In this document: piece by piece, positions 57,837 to 64,000 of the stretch
Layout: every line of letters starts with the position of its first letter
Numbering within the stretch: position 1 is the first letter of the stretch
Notes under the pieces: generated by a model
Database searches by the model: none
The model's input: only the letters and a program-made list of their open reading frames with translations
What the model was told of the DNA's origin: nothing
Assembly: GCA_963726255.1 (NCBI GenBank)
Contig: CAVSBL010000002.1
Coordinates: forward strand, 1,344,001-1,408,000
DNA: 64,000 bases
Source of the DNA: Candidatus Bathyarchaeota archaeon
GTDB taxonomy: Archaea > Thermoproteota > Bathyarchaeia > 40CM-2-53-6
Direction: 5' to 3'
Position numbers and translations under genes: made by a program

Positions 57837-58184
57837 CTACATGTGCACAATTTCTTCTGGCGGTGGCGGTGCTTCTTCACTGGGGGGCTGTTCCATGTCG
57901 ACTCCGGTAACTGATTTCACTTGTTGTTTGAACCACACGTCGAAGGGAGCTTTTGACTTGGCTAGAACTTCGAAAGTCTTCTCCACGTCGTGGGCTTCAA
58001 AGTATACGATTACCATGTCGCCCTGGGGAGTTTTCTGCAGGAACCATGACTCTTTCGTTATTTCTTGTCTTTTCAGTGTTTCGGCAAATTCGGTGCGTTT
58101 CGGGCCCATACATGTCTTCGCAAACTCTCGTCCAGCTTCAGTCTTACCTGGAAGAATTGGGAATGCTCCGCAAAATGTTCTCAT
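57837..58184 (-). CDS. conserved-looking small hypothetical protein (dimeric alpha+beta barrel-like)
   Basis: PILPGK, E.WFLQ.TP.GD, S..PFD.WF.....TG.D. Confidence 0.6.
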   Translation of the reverse strand: MRTFCGAFPILPGKTEAGREFAKTCMGPKRTEFAETLKRQEITKESWFLQKTPQGDMVIVYFEAHDVEKTFEVLAKSKAPFDVWFKQQVKSVTGVDMEQPPSEEAPPPPEEIVHM

Positions 58185-58278
58185 GACGCAACGTCTCCAT
58201 GTAATTCCTAATATTCCTTACGGTATAATTTTTCACAGAGGAATCCGTCAACCAACAACTTCACGTTACCCTGAGAAC

Positions 58279-58854
58279 TCACTTGAGCCGCTTGAGTAAC
58301 TCTTCGGTGTCAACTACCGTTGCGAATTCCTCATCGAGACTTGCAAGGTTGATGGCATGGATGTCCTCTGCCTTGTAGCTCCTCCCGTCTGGTCCTACTC
58401 GATCAAAGGTCGCGGTGGCGTCCGAAACCACGTAGGCATCAAATCCCAAGTTCCCCGCCATACGTGCCGTTGTCGACACGCAATGGTCGGTCACCAGCCC
58501 CGCGATGACCAATGTCTTTAAGCCATTCTGTCTGAGGCGTGCCTCAAGGTCGGTTCCGATGAATGCACTGTTAACATTCTTCTGAATGACCGGCTCGCCG
58601 GAGTGCGGTTTAGCGGCATCCTTGAATTCAAACCCTGGAGACCCTGGCCCCAACACCGAGCCGGGCATACGTGAGCGGTGTTGTATGTGAAATAGTGGCC
58701 GGCCAGTCTTTCGCCAGGTTTCCAGCAACCTTGCGATGTTCGACTCCGCTTGGGGGTTGTTTCTCCGTCCCCACCTCGGGTCGTCGAAACCTTTCTGGAC
58801 ATCGATTATGATTAGGGCCGCGTCCTTCGGCAACGGTTCGGGTTGAGCTTTCAT
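58279..58854 (-). CDS. isochorismatase-family cysteine hydrolase
   Basis: IIDVQ, K.VNSAF.GT.L, TDHCVSTT. Confidence 0.9.
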   Translation of the reverse strand: MKAQPEPLPKDAALIIIDVQKGFDDPRWGRRNNPQAESNIARLLETWRKTGRPLFHIQHRSRMPGSVLGPGSPGFEFKDAAKPHSGEPVIQKNVNSAFIGTDLEARLRQNGLKTLVIAGLVTDHCVSTTARMAGNLGFDAYVVSDATATFDRVGPDGRSYKAEDIHAINLASLDEEFATVVDTEELLKRLK

Positions 58855-58999
58855 AATGGCCTCGGGGCGCTTTGCCCATATGCTCTTTTTATCCTTTCCA
58901 AGAATGGAAGCGTTTCACGTTACCGCAAATGGTAACTATTCAGTGCAAGAAGTACCCTTCAAAGTGACGCAGCAAACGCGTTGTGCAGGACCACGAATA

Positions 59000-59308
59000 T
59001 TGAGCAAGTATGTGAAAGTCTGCGAAGTCACCGACGTCCCCCCTGGAACCATGCACCCCGTTGACGTAGGTAAGAACAAACTCATGGTTGTCAATGTGGA
59101 CGGGGCTCTATACGTCTTAAACCGGATATGCACCCATGAAACCGCTGACCTTTCAACCGGTTTCCTCGTGGGCTCCGTCGTCACTTGCCCACTCCATCTG
59201 TCAAGGTTCGATGTGAAGAGTGGAACCGTGGAAAACCTGCCCGCGACGGTGCCCCTTGCGACGTACAGGTTGAAGGTTGAAGGGACAAGCGTATACGTAG
59301 AAGTGTAG
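59000..59308 (+). CDS. Rieske [2Fe-2S] ferredoxin
   Basis: CTH...CPLH; start set at TTG 59000. Confidence 0.88.
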   Translation: MSKYVKVCEVTDVPPGTMHPVDVGKNKLMVVNVDGALYVLNRICTHETADLSTGFLVGSVVTCPLHLSRFDVKSGTVENLPATVPLATYRLKVEGTSVYVEV

Positions 59309-59386
59309 AACCGTCCAGCGAAAACAGTTGGAGCACTTATATCACGTCATATACGTAATGCCAACGAGCGCACGCAGGTCTCGCTA

Positions 59387-60631
59387 ATGGTCGCAAAGGC
59401 CGCAACGATAAACGTTCCCAAGGTTCGGGAAGACTTTCCGATTCTCAATCGCCAAGTCAACGGAAAACCACTCATCTACTTTGATAACGCTGCCACCTCA
59501 CAGAAACCTAAGTCCGTCATAGAAAGCACAGACAGGTACTACCGGGAATACAACGCGAACATACACCGCGGAATCCACAAGCTAGCTGAGGAAGCAACCC
59601 TTGCACATGAGGAAGCGAGAGAAAAAATAGCCAAATTCATCAATGCAAGGCACACCGAAGAAATAATCTTCACACGAAACGCAACCGAAGCAATGAACCT
59701 CGTGGCCTACACCTGGGGCAAAGCGAACGTCGGGAAAGGTGACAAGATTGTCCTAACCATCATGGAGCACCACAGCAACATAGTTCCGTGGCAGCTACTG
59801 GCACAAGAAAAAGGTGCCCGCGTCGAGTACGTAAAGATCGATGATGAAGGATTACTTCGAGAGGATGAGATTCATGAGCTAATTGATGAGACAACGAAAC
59901 TCGTGTGTGTAACCCAAGCGTCCAACGTGCTTGGAACGATAAACTCCGTTAAGGAAATCGGTAAGATTGCCCACCGTTACGGGGCCATGTTCCTGGTTGA
60001 CGCCGCCCAGTCTGTGCCGCATATGGGCGTTGACGTCAGGGACATTGACTGCGATTTCTTCGCGTTCTCAGGCCACAAGATGTTGGGCCCTACGGGAATC
60101 GGAGTTCTTCACGGAAAGCGTGAACACTTGCAGGCCATGCCACCATTCTTGGGTGGGGGGGAAATGATTAGGGAGGTTCACACGACCGGAGCCTCGTGGA
60201 AGGACATACCGTACAAGTATGAGGCTGGGACACCAAACATTGTCGGCGCCATTGGCCTGGGGGCAGCGGTAGATTATCTCAGCAAGCTCGGTATGGAGAA
60301 CGTTCACGAGCATGAAAGAGAAATCACCAGCTACGCCATTAGAAGGATGGCGGAAGTCAAAGAGATCACAATCTATGGCCCCAAAGATGTTGCGAAACGG
60401 GTTGGCGTGTTATCCTTTAACTTAGGAGATGTCCATGCCCATGACCTCGCCTCTATCCTAGATGAGGAGGGCATCGCGATTAGGTCAGGGCACCATTGCG
60501 CTCAACCTTTAATGGAATTCTTGAACGTTCCCGCCATGTCGAGAGCAAGCTTTTACATTTATAACACGAAAGAGGAAGTTGACGTCTTCATGAACGCCCT
60601 TGAGAAAGCCAGGAAGCTATTCGCGCGATGA
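59387..60631 (+). CDS. sufS: SufS-type cysteine desulfurase
   Basis: YFDNAATSQKP, SGHK, RSGHHCA. Confidence 0.95.
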   Translation: MVAKAATINVPKVREDFPILNRQVNGKPLIYFDNAATSQKPKSVIESTDRYYREYNANIHRGIHKLAEEATLAHEEAREKIAKFINARHTEEIIFTRNATEAMNLVAYTWGKANVGKGDKIVLTIMEHHSNIVPWQLLAQEKGARVEYVKIDDEGLLREDEIHELIDETTKLVCVTQASNVLGTINSVKEIGKIAHRYGAMFLVDAAQSVPHMGVDVRDIDCDFFAFSGHKMLGPTGIGVLHGKREHLQAMPPFLGGGEMIREVHTTGASWKDIPYKYEAGTPNIVGAIGLGAAVDYLSKLGMENVHEHEREITSYAIRRMAEVKEITIYGPKDVAKRVGVLSFNLGDVHAHDLASILDEEGIAIRSGHHCAQPLMEFLNVPAMSRASFYIYNTKEEVDVFMNALEKARKLFAR

Positions 60632-61035
60632 GTTCTGACATCTACAAAGACATCATATTGGATTATTATAGGAACCCGCGCAATTTCGGCGACCTGCCGG
60701 AACCTGACGTCCGCACGAAAGACTCGAACCCGCTGTGCGGGGACATCATTGAAATGCAGCTGAAAATCAAGGACGGGAAGGTGGACGACGTACGGTTCAA
60801 GGGTAAGGGATGCGCAATTAGTCAAGCCTCAGCTTCGATGCTCACAGAAGTAGTCAAAGGAAAGACGCTTGATGAAATCAAAGCCTTAGGTAAGCCTGAC
60901 GTGCTAAATCTTCTAGGCATAGACCCCGGCCCTACCCGAATCAAATGCGCCTTACTAGGCTTGAAAGTGCTGAAGCTCGGCGTTTATGGCTACCTCGGCC
61001 AGGCGATTACCGAGGAAGTAAAGCAACTAGTCTAG
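60628..61035 (+). CDS. sufU: U-type Fe-S scaffold / sulfur-transfer protein (SufU/IscU-like)
   Basis: NPLCGD, GCAISQASAS, R.KCA. Confidence 0.88.
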   Translation: MSSDIYKDIILDYYRNPRNFGDLPEPDVRTKDSNPLCGDIIEMQLKIKDGKVDDVRFKGKGCAISQASASMLTEVVKGKTLDEIKALGKPDVLNLLGIDPGPTRIKCALLGLKVLKLGVYGYLGQAITEEVKQLV

Positions 61036-61167
61036 CATAGGTTTCGGAACTGTTCACATTGCGATTTTGAGAAGCGATGCCGCGATTTGTTCACGGTCTG
61101 ACGCGCCCCACCACCCTTTTTTCGTAAATGAAAAGTTTATGTGAGGTGCAGCTAAGGTGTGGAAGTC

Positions 61168-61776
61168 ATGCCAAACAAATATGTTCTTCCGGAATTGCCA
61201 TACAAATACAACACGCTGGAACCAGTCATTTCCCAACAAATAATGACACTCCACCACGACAAGCACCACGCAGCCTACGTTAACGGCGCAAACGCGGCAC
61301 TCGAAAAACTCGACAAAGCCCGCAAGGGCGAAGCCCAAATCGACATCAAAGCAGTTCTCAGAGACTACAGCTTCCACTACGGAGGCCACATCCTCCACAG
61401 CATCTTCTGGCCAAACATGGCCGCCCCCGGCAAAGGAGGCGGAACCCCAGGCGGAGCCCTCGCAGACAAGATCAACGCAGACTTCGGCGGCTTCGACAAA
61501 TTCAAACAACAATTCTCCGACGCGGCTAAGACGGTCGAAGGCTCAGGATGGGCGCTACTACTCTACGACAACACAACCGACCAACTCGTCCTAACACAAA
61601 TAGAGAAACAAAACTTCATGCACCTCGCCCAACTACCAATCCTACTGGGCCTCGACGTATGGGAGCATGCGTACTACCTGCAGTACCTAAACGACAGGGC
61701 GAAATATGTCGACGAGTGGTGGAAGGTCGTAAACTGGTCTGATGTTGACGCACGATTCGGTAAAGCAAAACGTTAG
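61168..61776 (+). CDS. sod: Fe/Mn superoxide dismutase
   Basis: HHDKHH, GH..H..FW, GSGW, DVWEHAYY. Confidence 0.95.
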   Translation: MPNKYVLPELPYKYNTLEPVISQQIMTLHHDKHHAAYVNGANAALEKLDKARKGEAQIDIKAVLRDYSFHYGGHILHSIFWPNMAAPGKGGGTPGGALADKINADFGGFDKFKQQFSDAAKTVEGSGWALLLYDNTTDQLVLTQIEKQNFMHLAQLPILLGLDVWEHAYYLQYLNDRAKYVDEWWKVVNWSDVDARFGKAKR

Positions 61777-61940
61777 CACCCACAAAAACCAGAATCAATA
61801 AAACGATTGTATGGGTCTGAGCTAATTCAGACCCACCCCCTCCTTTCTCGTAAGCGCACTGATTGCGATAAACCGACATAAGGTTCAAAAAGTACGAGGT
61901 ACGTAGGCTGTCCAAGCCTGCTGACGGCAATAGTCACAGG

Positions 61941-62213
61941 GTGTTTCTTGTTTTGGTATGTGCAATTTGTAATGGAGATGGGGAAGTAGCCTGTAGCAAG
62001 TGTAAAGGCACCGGCTCGATACCAACGAAATGCGACGAATGCAAGGGAACGGGCAAGCTGACCACTGAGAAAGGCGTGTTGGATTGCGACATTTGCAACG
62101 GCAGCGGCCTCGTCTCCATCAAGTGTAACGAATGCTTCGGCGGCGGCAAACTCGTCTGTGAAGCATGCGGCGGAACAGGCGGCAAAGAAAGCGAGATAGA
62201 CGAATCCATCTGA
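61941..62213 (+). CDS. stand-alone DnaJ-type zinc-finger protein (six CxxCxGxG repeats)
   Basis: CAICNGDG, CSKCKGTG, CDECKGTG, CDICNGSG, CNECFGGG, CEACGGTG. Confidence 0.75.
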   Translation: MFLVLVCAICNGDGEVACSKCKGTGSIPTKCDECKGTGKLTTEKGVLDCDICNGSGLVSIKCNECFGGGKLVCEACGGTGGKESEIDESI

Positions 62214-62330
62214 GTCTGCTATCCCCAGGGAAGAACTAGCCCGCACGTCCCGGTAGCTCGAACGGCCGCGCAATTTGAGAGGCAAGAATAAAGCCCTGCC
62301 AGGCTCTCGGGTATACGAGTCTGCTGCGCT

Positions 62331-63884
62331 ATGAAGACGGCACTTATCTCAAGTCAAGAAAGATTCCCATTCCTTCGAGAGCTATCCATTCAGGACGTTA
62401 ACCCTGGCTCATGTACTGGTCCTGACGGTTGGAGTAGCATAGAAGGCCATGAGCTCCTGGAAGTTGTGACCCCGATTGACGGTTCGTTAATTGCGAAGGT
62501 GGCGCTCGCCTCAGTAGACGATTACGAACGCGTAGTCAAGGCCGCTCAAGAAGCCTTCCTGAAATGGCGTCTGACACCTGCACCTGTTAGGGGCCAAATC
62601 ATGCGTGAGGTTGGCGAAGAGCTTCGGAAGCAGAAGGAACAGCTTGGAAAGCTAATCACTCTGGAAATGGGCAAGATCGTCGCGGAAGGTATGGGGGAAG
62701 TACAGGAAGCCATCGACATCGCCGATTTCGCGGTAGGACTCTCACGCCAGCTTTACGGCCTCACCATGCAATCTGAACGACCACTTCACCGAATGTATGA
62801 GCAATGGCACCCCTTGGGTGTAGTGGGCATAATCACTGCCTTCAACTTCCCGGTCGCGGTCTGGTCATGGAACTCAATGATCGCAGCCGCCTGCGGGGAT
62901 ACAATGGTATGGAAACCTTCCTCCAAAGTTCCACTCAGCGCAATCGCAGTCCAACACACCATCAACCGAGTAATGGAACGCCACGGGCTAACAGGAATCT
63001 TTACGCTCGTAATAGGCAGGGGCTCAACAATTGGAGAACGCCTAATCAACGACAAAAGAATTCCACTGATCTCTTCTACAGGATCAACTGAGATGGGTAA
63101 GCGTGTTGCCGAAGCAGCCGCCAAACGATTGGCGCGAACTATACTGGAATTAGGCGGTAATAACGCCATAATTGTCGCTGAGGATGCGAACTTAGACCTG
63201 GCCGTGCGTGCCATATTGTTTGGGGGAGTAGGAACAGCAGGGCAACGTTGCACGACGACTAGGCGAATAATAGCGCAGAAGCAAATCATCGATGAATTGA
63301 CTTCAAGGCTTGTAAAGGCATACGGGCAGGTTCGAATCGGCGACCCCTTGGATCCCAATACGCTGATGGGGCCGTTGGTTGACGGGGAAGCGGTTGCCAC
63401 TATGATGAAAGCCTTGGAGATTTTGCCGAAACAAGGCGGGAAGGTTGTTACGGGTGGGAAAAAAATCGACCGTCCCGGGTTCTATGTGGCGCCGGCAATA
63501 GTCAGGGTTCCAGGTAACACGCAACTGGTCTGTGAAGAAACGTTCGCCCCGATACTTTACGTGATGCCGTATGATACGATTGAGGATGCGGTAAGGTTAC
63601 ATAATGAGGTCCCGCAGGGACTGTCCTCGGCGATTTTCACCGAATCTCTGAAGAAAACGGAGAAGTTTCTTTCCGCCGTCGGCAGTGATTGCGGAATAGC
63701 TAACGTGAACATCGGCACCTCTGGGGCTGAGATTGGGGGAGCGTTCGGCGGCGAGAAGGATACCGGTGGCGGTCGAGAGGCGGGATCGGATGCTTGGAAA
63801 CAGTACATGCGCCGCCAGACGACGACGATTAACTGGAGTGACCAACTGCCCTTAGCGCAGGGAATCAAATTCGGCGAGCAATAG
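62331..63884 (+). CDS. aldehyde dehydrogenase family 7 (aminoadipate-semialdehyde/P6C dehydrogenase-like)
   Basis: AFNFPVAVW.WN, LELGGNN, GQRCTT, ETFAP, GAEIGGAFGGEK.TGGGRE.GSD. Confidence 0.92.
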   Translation: MKTALISSQERFPFLRELSIQDVNPGSCTGPDGWSSIEGHELLEVVTPIDGSLIAKVALASVDDYERVVKAAQEAFLKWRLTPAPVRGQIMREVGEELRKQKEQLGKLITLEMGKIVAEGMGEVQEAIDIADFAVGLSRQLYGLTMQSERPLHRMYEQWHPLGVVGIITAFNFPVAVWSWNSMIAAACGDTMVWKPSSKVPLSAIAVQHTINRVMERHGLTGIFTLVIGRGSTIGERLINDKRIPLISSTGSTEMGKRVAEAAAKRLARTILELGGNNAIIVAEDANLDLAVRAILFGGVGTAGQRCTTTRRIIAQKQIIDELTSRLVKAYGQVRIGDPLDPNTLMGPLVDGEAVATMMKALEILPKQGGKVVTGGKKIDRPGFYVAPAIVRVPGNTQLVCEETFAPILYVMPYDTIEDAVRLHNEVPQGLSSAIFTESLKKTEKFLSAVGSDCGIANVNIGTSGAEIGGAFGGEKDTGGGREAGSDAWKQYMRRQTTTINWSDQLPLAQGIKFGEQ

Positions 63885-63886
63885 GC

Positions 63887-64000
63887 TTACGCTAGATAAT
63901 CCAACCAATCAGAGCGCTTCTTACCGCTTCCTCTCACCGCATCGTCGAAAGCGGCTTGCAACTTTCTTGTAACTGGATATTCGCTGTTTCCGATTTTTCT
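63887..64000 (-). CDS. ilvE: C-terminus of a branched-chain amino acid aminotransferase (runs off the right edge)
   Basis: RKIGNSEYPVTRKLQAAFDDAVRG...DWLDYLA*, matching the IlvE C-terminal pattern. Confidence 0.6.
   Translation of the reverse strand, partial: RKIGNSEYPVTRKLQAAFDDAVRGSGKKRSDWLDYLA

Noticed and set aside
61827-63400. Long antisense ORFs (61827-62285, 62786-63400 and similar shadows throughout the ORF track)
   Set aside because: They lie opposite well-supported genes and are explained as antisense shadow frames.

Overview
Archaeal genomic window; a Bathyarchaeia-like anaerobe is my inference from the tetraether synthase Tes, a DUF2096 domain, an archaeal two-CxxC PDO, MvhADG and GGAGGTGA-type RBSs. 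Three zones. (1) ~1-15.7 kb: accessory/defence island with an edge-truncated TIR gene, AbiV, four HEPN-like genes, two PD-(D/E)XK-like nucleases, a subtilase with rearranged catalytic motifs and two paralogous lectin-like surface proteins. A ~30-bp quasi-palindromic repeat (GTGTGTGGGTCAGCTGGTGCGCACACACAC) sits between single genes, and the island ends at a degenerate 3' tRNA fragment (possible att site). (2) ~15.7-24 kb: stress/detox genes (msrA plus two msrA remnants, HhH-GPD glycosylase, VOC proteins, an interrupted oxidoreductase). (3) ~24-64 kb: redox/sulfur/metal region with two paralogous QmoC-HdrA-HdrA-MvhD modules. One is joined to a group 3c [NiFe]-hydrogenase. The other is joined to TusA and DsrE and has altered Fe-S ligand motifs. 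This zone also holds MenG, VKOR, TlpA, PDO, a P3A H+-ATPase, tes, DUF134/DUF1847/CGGC/DUF5320/NifX genes, an acd-abfD-like pair, Rieske-sufS-sufU, sod, ALDH7 and the 3' end of ilvE. All family calls are motif recognition by eye; no database searches were run.
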